Of a stretch of 64,000 nt of DNA, positions 13,336 through 25,155 are shown piece by piece. This DNA comes from Camelus ferus (Eukaryota), in NCBI RefSeq assembly GCF_009834535.1, contig NC_045696.1, forward strand, positions 110,796,001 through 110,860,000, written 5' to 3'. Positions within the stretch are counted from its first letter, which is position 1; every line of letters begins with the position of its first letter. Under the pieces are notes generated by a model. That model searched no databases, was not told the origin of the DNA, and worked only from the letters and a program-made list of their open reading frames with translations. Position numbers and translations under genes: made by a program.

Positions 13336-14094
13336 ACCATTGCCTTCCTCAAACCGGGTGTTTCAGTCCCATTAGCCAGGAGGACATTTTCCTCTGGACT
13401 TTAAATAAACTGCTCCCAAAAGAGGTTCCTCAAATTTTTGTATTGTATTGTGGACTGAAGCAGAGGGAACTGAGAATGTTGATAGGCAGTTGTTTTATAC
13501 GTTGATTTTGAGGGATGTTCGCGACTCTGAAGAGAAGTGCTAATACGATAATAAATGTTATACAACAGAGAAGCTTTCTTTTGAAAGACAGGGACTGACC
13601 TTGTTTGACAAGCTCTTTCACATGCTGTCTTCCCACCTCCTCATCCCAACTCTGCACCCCTTGCACTTAAATGAGGAGCCACAGAGAAGATGCTAGCTAA
13701 GGTGTTCCCTAGGATGAGCTACTATACAGTTTAGTTCACCTGTTGGCAGAATCTGAATCTGTACGCAGATTAAATACAAAAGTGTTTGAGGCCTCTCCCA
13801 TAATTGCCTACGGCTCATTTGCTTCTTTAATCCCACGAGTAAGTGATGTCACTTCCCCAACAGTGGCTTAAAGTACAAACCCTATTGTTACTCAGAATTT
13901 CTTCATCTTCTAAATCCTTGTGTATTAACTAGTCAACAGATCCTGCCAAATAGTATGTCTTAAATCCAGGATCTCCCTCCAGTGCAGTGAGTGAGAGTGA
14001 GTGACTGTGAGTCTGGGGTTCAGATCCAATCTAGCCACTTACCAGCAGGCAGATAAACTGTGTATTTCCATTTTTGTATCTTTAAAGGATACTA

Positions 14095-14572
14095 CGTTAG
14101 TTTCTCCATAGCTTCTGTAACAAATCGGAAGTTCTGGTTGTGGTGACTGAAAACAACACAAATGTTTTGTCTTACACTTCTAGAGGTCAGAAGTCTGAAC
14201 AGGTCTCACTGGGCTGAAATCAAGGTGTTGGTGGGGCTCCGTTCATTCCAGAGGCTCTAGGGAAACTGAATTTTCTTGCTTCTCCATTCCTAGAGGCTCC
14301 CTGTGTTCCTTGATTCGTGAGCCACTTCATCTCTAAAGCCAGCCAAGGCCAGTTTACTCTTTCTCGCACGGCATCCCTCTGACAGTGACTTTTCTTTTGT
14401 TTCCCTCCTCCATTTTAAGGACCCTTGTGATTACACTGGGCCCGCCTGAGTCATCTAGGCTACTGTCTCTGTCTTAAGGTCGGATGATAAGCAACCCTAA
14501 TTCCCCTTTGCCTTACCAGGTTCTGGGGATCAGGGCATGGACATCTTTGGGGGACATCCTTCTGTCCACCAC
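14095..14572 (-). mobile_element. MaLR LTR (MLT1D-like) splitting a MIR
   Basis: ttctagaggtcagaagtctgaacaggtctcactgggctgaaatcaaggtgttgg...ttaaggacccttgtgattacactgggccc...ccaccaca; MIR halves lie at about 13995-14090 and 14575-14660. Confidence 0.85.
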
Positions 14573-14894
14573 AAGTTCCGATCTCATAGGGTTATGGAGA
14601 GGGTTCAGTAAGTCTATAAAGCCTAGCATGATGAAAGTGCTCAATAAACGTTAGCTTTATTGTTGTGATTATTAGTTTTTGTCCTTGGTCTATCTCTCAG
14701 GACCTCCCAGGCTAGCCTTCATGCTGCATTCAGAGTTATATTGGTTTTAAAAAGACCAATTTCATCATAACTCTCCCCATCTTCAGTTCTTACTCTGGGC
14801 TCCCTTGGGTCTTGCCACCTTGTTTTCTATATATCAACTCACTATTCTCTTAATTACTGCTTTATCTGTCTGTCTTCCACCAGAATGTAAATTG

Positions 14895-15243
14895 TCGCAT
14901 CCAAATGTGGCCCATGGACCAGCAACACTGTTACCACATGGGAGCCTGTTAGAAAAGTAAAGTCCCCTCCTGCACTTGGTGGGAATGGAGTTTGGTGCGG
15001 CCAGTATGGAAAACAGTATGGAGAGTTCTTTAAAAACGAAAAATAGAACTACTATATGATCTAGCAGTCCTATTCCTGGGCATATATCTGGAGAAAACTA
15101 AAACTCAAAAAGATACATGTACCTTAATATTCACGGCAGCACTATATACAATAGCCAAGACACAGAAGCAACCTGAATGTCCAAATGTCCATCAACAGAT
15201 GATTGGATAAAAAAGTTGTGGTGCGCGCACGCGCACGCATGCG

Positions 15244-15277
<34 letters not shown>

Positions 15278-15850
15278 GTGGAATACTACTTGGCCATAAA
15301 AATGAAATAATGCTATTTGCTATTTGCAGCAAAATGGATGGACCTAGAGATTATCATATTAAGTGAAGTAAGTCAGACAGACAAAGACAAATATGACAAC
15401 ACTTATATGTGGAATCTAAAAAAATGACACAATGAACTTATTTACAGAAACAGAAACAGACTCACAGACATAGAAAACAAGCTTATTCTTACCAATGGGG
15501 AAAAGGGGGGATAAATTAGAAGTTTGGGATTAGTAGATACAAACAACTGTACACAGAATGGATAAATAGCAAGGTCCTACTATATAGCACAATGAACTAT
15601 ATTCAACAGCTTATAACAATCTATAATGAAAAAGAATATATGTATGTATAACCAAATCACTATGCTGTGCACCAGAAACTAACACAACATTGGAAATCAA
15701 CTATACTTCAATACAAAATAAAAATTAAAAAAATTTTAAAAACAAAAGTAAAATCCAAGACCCTTTTACCTCATGAATCAGAATCTGCACTTTAGCAAGA
15801 TCTCCAAGCGATTCATTCGTAGGTTAAAGTTTGAAGAGAAGTGTTCTAGA
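14895..15850 (+). mobile_element. MER5A split by L1
   Basis: aatgtggcccatggaccagca...ggagcctgttagaaa [L1] ...gaatcagaatctgcactttagcaagatctcc...aagtttgaag. Confidence 0.75.
14966..15743 (+). mobile_element. 5'-truncated L1 with TSD
   Basis: ORF2 C-terminus/3' UTR plus A tail; TSD aaaagtaaa(g/a)tcc at 14953-14965 and 15744-15756. Confidence 0.92.
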
Positions 15851-16315
15851 ATCCTTGGTAAATATTAGGTGCTCAGTAAATGTCTATTGAATAGCATAAT
15901 AAATAAGTTCCAGGCAGGTGTGTTAGGTATGAAGAGGGCAGAAATGACCCTCATGATTTTTTTCACAGCTCCTTGAATATATTCCGGTCTTATTATTTCT
16001 CCACAAATTTGTGTAGCCTACATGATGTTCAACACGGAATGATTTAAAGGTGGGAGCTTAAACTCTTGCAGAATTACATGGTGGAATACAGATGGAGAAG
16101 GGTTTTTGTCTGTTTTGTTTACCACTATATTCCCAGCACCAGCATAGAGTTGATGCTCCCCAAATATGGTTGAATAAGTCAATCTGTCTTCACAGTGGGA
16201 AACTCCAGCAACATAGGGAACCCTTTTTTAGCTCAGATCCCTTCAGGAAGCTATGCTTGCCATGAAGAGAAACAGGATATGCCAAACCTCTCTTCTTGGG
16301 TCACCACAGAAGATT

Positions 16316-16409
16316 TTTTTTTTTTAACTTTTTTTTAATTGAGTTACAGTCATTTTACAATGTTGTGTCAAATTCCAGTGTAGAGCACAATTTTTCAATT
16401 ATACGTGAA
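16316..16409 (-). mobile_element. Very short young L1 3' tail
   Basis: polyT + aattgagttacagtcattttacaatg; TSD agaagatt at 16308-16315 and 16410-16417. Confidence 0.9.
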
Positions 16410-16465
16410 AGAAGATTGTTGATCTCTAAGATCACATAGGCAACTGCTCTGGAAATAAGATGTTC

Positions 16466-16469
<4 letters not shown>

Positions 16470-16505
<36 letters not shown>

Positions 16506-16558
16506 CAGAGGGAAAGAGAGAGAGAGAGAGACAGAGGAAAAGAGAGAGAGAGAAAGAG
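16470..16558. repeat. (GA)n simple repeat
   Basis: Direct observation. Confidence 0.95.
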
Positions 16559-18514
16559 CTGTGGGGTCCTGTCACCCAGAGAGAAGCCATTTATGGACTA
16601 ATTATTCACATAGAAAACGGGAAAATAATTCATGGCAAAACTATTGCCAGCATCTCTGGTAGGAGCAGACACCTTGATTATATGCTGAGGTAGGCGCTGA
16701 AGGCTCACATTCTGATCCAAGTCAGCAGTGCCAATTGTACTGGGTCTAAAACAGCTTGAGACTCAGAAAAGCAGATCCACGGATCTGGAACAGTGAAAGA
16801 ACAGAAATCTGGAGTAACAGAGTCCCAGTGGCTAAGGACGTTTCCCATTTCCTCTGTGATAAGAAACTGGAAATTAACACCAGACCTTTCTCAGTGGCTC
16901 AGTTGCTCGTGCTGCCCTGCTGTGTAGTAAACCGTCCGTGGTCCGTCTCATTCCATAGTTGGCTCAGTCATTCTCAACAAATTGTTTGCTGTTGTCATCA
17001 GGCCCTGAATTAAACAATGTCTACAGGTATTGCTGTATGTAGCTCCCAGGCCTGGGTGGACCCAGGCAACAGGGACGCAAAGCTGGAGCAGCAGATAGCT
17101 GCCGCCCCACAACCTCACTGGTTTAGCAACGTATTTTTCTCTCTGAAGGCGCACTTCATGGACATGTGCACATCCTGTTCTCTGCCTGGAAGGCGGTGTC
17201 CTGCCTTCAGCTCTGGGTTCACTTCTACACCTCCTTTAAGGGCCACGTAAATGTCACTCTTTCTCAAAGCCTTTCCGCGACTCCCCCAGGGAGTTACAAT
17301 GTGACGACTTCCTCTGTTCACGGCCCTTGCACACGCCTCTGTTACATTATAACACAAAGCTGCTTGTATGCCTTCTCTTCCTTCCAGATAAGCTGGAAAC
17401 TGAGTATAGATTGCATCTACTGTCCATTAATCTCCCCGCATAGTGAGCACCTGGCGAATATTTACCAATATCAGTCTTGTCACCAGGGAGGCAGCCAGGC
17501 CTCCCCAGTTCTTGGGACGTCTCAGTGAAGGGACAGTTGTGGACCAACGCTTGGCCTTAATTGTTTAGCTGAGCAAACAGACTGTGTGTGTCTCTGGTTG
17601 GTTGCTTCTATACAGAACAGAGTGATCTATCGATCGATCTGCTGGGTTAGAAGAAAGATAATGTTCCTACCTGGTGAATAGACCACAGTCAGTCCCTCCC
17701 AGTGACCTACCTGCCAACTGCTTTGTATAAGCTAATGGTATTGTAACATGCTGGCTTTTAAAGTTTATTAACATTATTATTACTTAGAAATCATTTGACT
17801 TTTTATTGCCAGAGGGCTTCATCTGGAATAAAGGCTTAACTAATAGTAAACACAAAATTTTGCCTTTAGAAAGGTATTCAGGTGAGTCATTTTGAAGGCC
17901 TGCCAATAGCAGATCACACAGTGAACTAAGGGTACATGTTTCCTCCTCTCCCCTCCTCTCCCTCCCCCTGCTCCTTCCTTCCTTCCTCCCTCTTCCTGAA
18001 ATATTTATTGAGCACTTAATTTTGACAGGTCCTGTTTTAGGCACACCGGAAACAAAGTTTAGGAGCCATTGCCCCCGACCCCCAGTGGCTTTCTTTCTAG
18101 GGCTTTTGATTTGCAAAAAGAGAGAAAGACAGAAGACATTTGCAAAAACCGTAATTTGGAATTCGTAGAAACGAACGAACGGAAGGGGAGAACTGGCAAC
18201 TGGTGATCAGTTTTGTGCCAGTCGAAACAGAAAGCACTCAGAAGGGTAAGAGATCCCACCCAATAGTCAAATTCATTATTTAATTGGTCATAAATCCAGA
18301 TTGTATTAATTTGTCCTTCCTCTATTCACATTGTGTCAAATAAATATAAACTATGGCCCCTGACCTCAGGAGCTTTATCATTAGAGTGATACCTTTGATA
18401 GGAATTTTAAGTTCTTTGCCAGAATGACGAAAGGCTAGCAATATTATGTCTGTAAAAAAGCTGAAGGAAACGAGATTCAACGGTCTGACTTGCTTAGTCT
18501 AGACAAGCAATTCT

Positions 18515-18768
18515 CTTTTTTTAACTGAAGGGTAGTCAGTTAACAACGTGTTGATTTCTGGTGTGTAGCACAGTGATTCCGTTATGCACAGATATATTCC
18601 TTTTCAGACTCTTTTTCATTATAGGCTATTACGATGTATTGAATCTAGTTCCCTGTGCTCTGCAGTAGGATCCTGTTGCTCAGGCACAGTAGTCCTGCAA
18701 GTCCCGAACTCCCACTTCATCCCTCCAGCCCTGCCTTACCTCCGGTGAGCGTAAGTTTGTTTTCTATT
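18515..18768 (-). mobile_element. L1 3' UTR fragment adjacent to a MER5A (about 18775-18915)
   Basis: polyT + aactgaagggtagtcagttaacaac...; flanks ag(c/t)aattct. Confidence 0.85.
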
Positions 18769-19086
18769 AGGTGAGTAATTCTTAAAGTGTGCTCTCCAAA
18801 TTAGCGGCATTGTTGTCACTTAAGAACTTGTTAAAAAGGCAAAATTGTAGGCCCTAACCCAGGACTACGGAATCTGAAACTCTTGGGGTGGGGCAGCCGT
18901 ATGAGCTTTAACAGGCCCATTTTTGGGGGGAGGGATTGGCTTTATTTATTCATGTAATTGATCTACACTCGTGACAAGATGGAAGGACCAGGAACCAAGC
19001 TAGGTTATCGTCATTATTCTCCTTCTGAATTCGAGCTAGAGTGGATGAGTGTTGGAACATAGTTATATGTGAGTTGGAGTTAGTAG

Positions 19087-19718
19087 TGAGACAGGAAGGG
19101 GGCAGGGCACAGCCCTTCAAGGAATGAGACAGCAATTAACATCAAAATGGTGGAGAATTCAACCCCCAGTAGGCCCTGAGGCTCAAGATGGTGGGAGATG
19201 TGACTTCTAGCAGAACTCAAGCTTCATTACACGCCCACTGTAATATATTAACAAGGTGAATAACATGCCCACAGGCACCAGGGCAGTCCCAAGCTAGCCA
19301 CAAAAGGTCAAAGAGTGGGAAATGGCCAACTTCTTGGGAATCCGAGCCCCTTCCCCAGGCTAGTTAGACTGGTCCTTCCACTTATTAGCATATGAAGCCA
19401 CTGAGCCCATAAAAACTGGCAACACTGTGCCTCAAGGCCTCTGCCCTCTCTCCCTCCATTTTCGGGAAGGCCTGCACTCGGCCTATGGAGTGTGTACCTA
19501 CTTTTAATCTGAGCACCCAACCCCCACACCTCGTGGCCTTTCTCTTGCCTTTCAATGTATCTCTCTGAATAAATCTACCTTCACTCAACTGTGGCTCGCT
19601 CTTCAATTCTTTCCTGCGCGAAGCCAAGGTCCCACACTTGGCAGGGCACGTCCCAGGGGCTCAGCCGAAGCCTGGCACACGGCCCTCCTCACGCCCCACA
19701 TCCGTTTTTCCTCCATCA
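19087..19718 (+). mobile_element. ERV1-class solo LTR (family A), 632 bp
   Basis: TG...CA ends; 4-bp TSD GTAG at 19083-19086 and 19719-19722; TATA-like cataaaaa near 19408; AATAAA near 19568. Confidence 0.9.
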
Positions 19719-20259
19719 GTAGGATGCCAGGGAAGGAAGGTGATTCTAAAAGCAGCTTTCGCCGATTGCTGCCACAGCCCTGCGGATTTTTGGCGTATCT
19801 CCAGGGAGCTGCCCATGGGTTTGGGGCTAGAGTGGGAAATGACCATGGAGGGTGTGGGCAGAGGATTAAGCCAGTTTATCTGTGGCAGTTTGTGTGTTGA
19901 GGGGAGGTGACTAGGGAAAAGGAGGTCAGGGAAATGGCAACAGATAGAGAGGCAAGGCCTGGAAACCAGCTTCAGGAATATTCTCACTACCATGGCTACC
20001 AAACTATGTAAGAGCAGCAGAAGTCTCCAGCCCAGCCACCCAAGAAAGGGACCCTGGTTTTAAACCTCGTGCTTTAGGTCATGGGCACTTTGAGGATCTC
20101 TCTTTTTTCACGGGCTTCCCTTTTGATAGACAGAAGATCTTCCCTAGGGATGGAGGTAAATTGAGGCAATTATCTATTTTATATCATGGCAGTTTAACAG
20201 ACTCTTTATGTGATCCTGACACATTAAGAATCACTGCTCCAGCATAGGCTCTCGGTACC

Positions 20260-20412
20260 CAATGTAGTTCATGGACCAGCAGCATGAGCATCCCCTGGGA
20301 GCCTGTTGGAACTAAAGAGGGTTAGACTTCACTCTAGATCTATTTTATTCGTATTTGCACTTGAGCAAGATTTATGGGTGATCTGCATGCACTTCACATT
20401 TGTGAAGCACTG
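20260..20412 (+). mobile_element. MER5A-like MITE
   Basis: aatgtagttcatggaccagcagcatgagcatcccctgggagcctgttggaa...tttgtgaagcactg. Confidence 0.7.
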
Positions 20413-21019
20413 CTCCAGACAGATTGTGTCTTGGAGGGCCCTGAGCAGCCAGGGCCACTCTATGACTCCTTCCATCTCCATCATCAGATTACTGAAGCAT
20501 GCCTGTGGCCAGGAGCTGAGCCTGCTCTGCAAGAAATCCTGGTGCTATCCAAGTCTGCAGAATGCCCCTTCATAGTAGTGCCACACAGAGGGAAGACTGA
20601 GGGTGGTGCCACTTGAAACATAACTTGGTTTGCCAGTAGCCAACAGATTGCTATTCAAATTTTTTGGTAGGAGACTTCCCCCTCCCTCAGATAAAATTAA
20701 GTTTGTTTTTATCTGAAGCAAGGGTAATAAAATTTCCAGTGTAAGTGAGTCAAACAGACTTACAAAATCATGAGCAACAGAGAAAATTTGGGATTTCTCA
20801 GCCTGGTATCACTTTGGCATTAGGAAAGGCCGATACAGCCAAAGTGCTTAATAATATACTGCAATTCTTCAGTAATTGTTGGTAAGTAGCCATGGTCCCC
20901 ATGCCACACCTGGCTGCCCAGCTCTTCCTCTGGGCTCTTCCTAGACCCCATGAGCCAGAACCCAACAACCCAAGCATTCTTTCCTGGCACATTGGGAGCC
21001 CGCAGGGTCTTAAATAATA

Positions 21020-21547
21020 TGTTGTGGACACAATGTGGTGGTCCCAGGTGGTAAAAGAATTTACCAAGAACCAAAGACCACAAGGATTTAAGAACAAAGG
21101 GGAGGTTTAATAGATAGGCTGCTACAGACAACAGTGGCCACACAGATGAGAGGTGCCTGTGTGAGAGCTGGGGAGAGTGTGCAGGGTCCTTTATTGGGGG
21201 CAAAGGGGCTGTGAACACGAGGAATGAGGGGAGGGGTGCATGATCAATTCCTGCACCAAGTACCTTGGTTGTAAGATCTGTCAGGAACTGAATAATAGGA
21301 TTTATGACTTTGATAAGGGCAGGAGGTGAGGCCTGTCAGCCCAGGGCATTGTGAAACAGGCTATCTCCTGGGGTGATGAGTACTGTTAGGGTAAACACAC
21401 AGCAAGAGAGGATGCTTTATCTTGTAGAAATGCAGATGTGCGCAGGGCCCTGCGGGGAGTGGGGGTTAAGGTATCAATGGCTCCAGGCGCACCGAGAGCC
21501 CAGGGATGCGGGTTTTAGGACTCCAGAGAGCGCCAGCCGGCTCCACA
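21020..21547 (-). mobile_element. Solo LTR, probably ERVL class (MER73/MER74-like), 528 bp
   Basis: TG...CA ends; 5-bp TSD TAATA at 21015-21019 and 21548-21552; U5-like ggtaaaagaatttacc. Confidence 0.8.
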
Positions 21548-22232
21548 TAATATGGTTCGAATCTCTTCTAATTTGTTGGTGCTCCTAACTTACCAGTTGT
21601 TAGATACAGTCAGACCTCACTGTCTGCCGATCCTACATTTGTAGATATGCTTCCAGGCTGATAGTTATTTGTAACCTCATGTCGATACTCATGGCGCTTT
21701 TGTAGTCATTGGTAGGCGTGTGAGGAGTGCTGGAAAACATGGCTTGTCAGACACGCGCATTCCCCGCTGGTGTCGAACAAAGCCGTGCTCTGCCTTCTTG
21801 TTTCAACTCTCATGCTATAAACTATCCTTTTCACAGTTTATTTAGTGCCGTGTTTGTTTTGCTGTTGTTGTTGTTTTTTGGGGTTTTTTTTTTTTTTTGC
21901 ATTTTTGTGCTTTTTGTTGATGGCTCCACCATTTAGAATGGCTGAGGTGATGTCTGGGGTGCTTAAGTGCAGAGGCTGTGATGTATCTTACAGAGAAAAT
22001 GCTGTGTAAGGTAAGTTTCCTTCAGGTATGAATTACAGTGCTGTTGGCCACAAATTCAAGGTTAATCAATAATATATATTAAATAAAGTGTCTTTAACCA
22101 GAAACACATATGAAACAAGGTTCTGTACTGATTAGGTGACAAAGATGTGATCATCGGCCCCAGGAACCTAAGCCTACCTTTCTCCTAGAGGCGGTGGTTC
22201 CGGATTCACTAATTCATTATTTGTGGTGAATG

Positions 22233-23014
22233 TGTTATCCTAAATGGGCAAGGGAAAAGACCCCAGTTCCTTTTTTTTTTTTAACTGAAATATAGTCAGT
22301 TACAATGTGTCAATTTCTGGTGTACAGCACAATGTCCCAGTCATGCATATACATACATATATTCCTTTTCATATTTTTTTTCATTAAAAGTTACTCCAGG
22401 ATATTGAACATAGTTCCCTGTGCTATACAGAAGAAACTTTTTAAAAATCTATTTTTATATATAGTGGCTAACATTTATAAATCTCAAACTCAAGACCTCA
22501 GTTCTTGTCATACCTGAAAGATAAGAATTCAAATGGGAGATGAAGTGTTTTGCAGTGAAAGATTTTAAAGGATTTATTAGCAAAGGGATTATACACCTCC
22601 AAGAACTGGAGGCGGTCTGATCCAAGAGCGGATAGCAATGGTCTTTGCCCCTTTTCTCATACCCTTGCTTAGAGGTGGTCTCTTGATTGATTGACAGCTC
22701 TTGCCCCTGGAGTGCTGAGTCATGCTTGTCCCCTTTTGCACCTGTCCTTACCCATGATGCACACAGAAAAACCCATGGGAGGGGCTAAACCACAAAGTTA
22801 ATTATATTACAATGAGCACTGTGTCATGTCCAGTGAGGTCCTTGTCACTGCTGCGCAATTGCAGATGTTGGGTTCTAACCAGTTTCTTGCTGGCACTCAT
22901 TTAGAGGAAGTAAAGCCACTTTATGCTAAAGGCAGGCATACGGCCATTTTCCAGACCATCCTTCCTCTCCTCCACCAATCTGCCCAGTGCTCCCGCTTCT
23001 CCACCTACCTAACA
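22233..23014 (-). mobile_element. ERV1-class solo LTR (family B) containing an L1 insert
   Basis: TGTTA...TAACA ends; TSD AATG at 22229-22232 and 23015-23018; homologous to 23869-24441. Confidence 0.9.
22271..22491 (-). mobile_element. Young L1 3' tail inside the LTR
   Basis: polyT + aactgaaatatagtcagttacaatg; TSD aagacc(c/t)cagttc at about 22257-22269 and 22492-22504. Confidence 0.92.
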
Positions 23015-23533
23015 AATGTATACAACATAACTGCTGTGAACAACGAGAATCAACTGAGTTTAGAATATCACCCCAGGGGTGTGGCTTGCAAGTGTTTGAA
23101 TTTAATTCTTTACTCTTGCTAGCTTTGCTGAACATGTAAAAGGTGCCATCACTTTACCTTCCTGCTGGATTGTGAGCTTCAAAGTACTTGCTGGATGGAA
23201 TGGAGGATGGAGTAGTCACGTGTTGCACAGGCAGATTCTCTGAAAAGGCAATGTATGTGTTTTCATCTTTGTATTCCCACGGCAGCATGTACTAAATGTT
23301 TCCTGCATATAGTTAACTGATTGTGAGTCTTAAGGGACAACCCCATGAGCCAGTGATGGAACTGTGAGGAGGGATAGAGACCCAGTTAGGTCCCTGGCCT
23401 AAGGTCCTTGCAAAATTCCTAATTCCTTTATCTACAGAGTAGTCGTGACAGGCTGTGGTCCATGCCCTTAGCAGGGCAAAATCATGAGCAATACAGACCC
23501 ACAAACCATTCCCATTCCATAATCATGGCTATA

Positions 23534-24478
23534 CAGTCAGCTCCCTCTGTATCTGAGGGTTCTGCATCCATGTATTCAACCAATCATGAGTTGAAAATAT
23601 GCAGAAAAAAACAGAAAGTTTCAAAAAGAAAACCTGAATTTGCAACTATGTACATAGTATTTACATTATATTTACAACTATTTACATAGTATTTGCATTG
23701 TATTTACAATTATTTATATAACATTTACACTGAATTAGGTATTACAAGTCATCTAGAGATGACAAAGTATTACGGGAAGATGTGGGTAAGTTTATACGCA
23801 AATACTATGCCATTTTATGTAACGGACTTGAGCACCAGGGGATTTTGGTATCTGTTGAGGGGTCCTGGTGTTAGGTAGTCAGATAACTGCGGGCACCGTG
23901 CAGATAGGTGGAGGAGAGAGAGGATGGTCTGAAAGATGGCATTATAACCGCCTCCAGCATAAAGGGACTTTACTTCTTCTAAATGAGTGCCAACAAGAAA
24001 CTGGTTAGAACCTGCCAGCCACGACTGTGTGGAAGCAGAAAGGACTTAACCAGACACGACCCAATATTCATTGTATTATAATTAACATTACTATTTAGGG
24101 CTCCCCCCCACCATGGGTTTTCCTGTGTGCACCATAAGTAAAGACATGCACAAAAGGGGCCAAACATGACTAAGCATTCCAGGGATAAGAGCTGTCAATT
24201 ATTTAAAAGACCACTTCTAAGTGAGGGTAAAAGAGAAAGAGGAGACAAAAGCCTCCCCTTTTCCTCCCCTGGCTCAGCCCCCCTCCTGTTCTTGGAGCTG
24301 TACTTTTCCTTTTCTAAATAAATCTTTAAAATCTTCCACTACACAACGCACCATCTCCCAACTGTAAACCACCCCCAGACTATAAACTGTCATATCTTTT
24401 GCATATGACAAAAACTGGGGTCTTCACCTTTTGGCGTTACACTGGAACTAACCCCCTGCAGGTGCTGAGGGATGACTG
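23534..24478 (-). mobile_element. MER2-like Tigger MITE, interrupted by an LTR; contains a 32-bp triplication at about 23643-23737
   Basis: cagtcagctccctctgtatctgagggttctgcatcc...ggacttgagcacc...ctgagggatgactg. Confidence 0.8.
23869..24441 (+). mobile_element. ERV1-class solo LTR (family B), 573 bp
   Basis: TGTTA...TTACA ends; TSD CTGG at 23865-23868 and 24442-24445; internal AATAAA. Confidence 0.9.
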
Positions 24479-25023
24479 AATTTGATTTGTTGTGGGAGAA
24501 GTTGTGGGAAAACAGAAGAAATGCCTGATATTTTCCGCCCAGGAGGCAACATTGAGAAGGAGACATTTAAGCTGATTTTGATGTAGCGAAAGGAGTTCTT
24601 TAGGTAGGCAAGAGGGTGAGGTTAAGTGGGAGTCTGGGATGTGGGGAGAACTCCATGCAGAAGAGCAAAATTAGCAGCGGCGTGAGTGTGTGTGTGTGGA
24701 TGGGGGAGGTGTGTATGGGTTTTGGCAGATAAGGAGGGGACAGAACATTGGGGGTTGGGGGGCAGTAAATGGACCCCGTGACCAGGGGTTTGGACTATAC
24801 ACTGTAGGCCATAGGAGAGCAGCGGAAGATCTGAGCTTCAGGAAAGATCATTCCGGCAGCAGTGGGTTAGGTGGATGGGAAGAGGGGGGCTTGTGTGCTG
24901 CTGTTAGTGCTGGTGATGGACATCCCGCTCACCCTGCCCCTCCAGAGAAATCTCTGTGTCCTGGGGACTCCACAGGGATTCCTACCTGTGGTCTGTTTCT
25001 CTAAGTTTAACCTTTTCAGACTT

Positions 25024-25155
25024 CAGTGGGCATACAAATCTCGTTGAAATGCAAATTCTGACTCGGTGGTTCTGAGCAGGGTCCAAGTTTCTGCCATTCT
25101 AAAGAGCTCCCCAGTGATTCTCATGCTGCCAGTCCATAGACAAACTTTGAAGAGA
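25024..25155 (-). mobile_element. MER5A-like MITE
   Basis: gttgaaatgcaaattctgactcggtggttctg...gagctccccagtgattctcatgctgccagtccatagacaaactttga. Confidence 0.7.

Larger units (their letters stand above)
21607..23056 (+). mobile_element. MER82 (TcMar-Tigger), interrupted by an LTR
   Basis: TA+cagtc start; gtcgaacaaagccgtgctctgccttcttgtttc; end cataactgctgtgaacaacgagaatcaactg. Confidence 0.85.
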
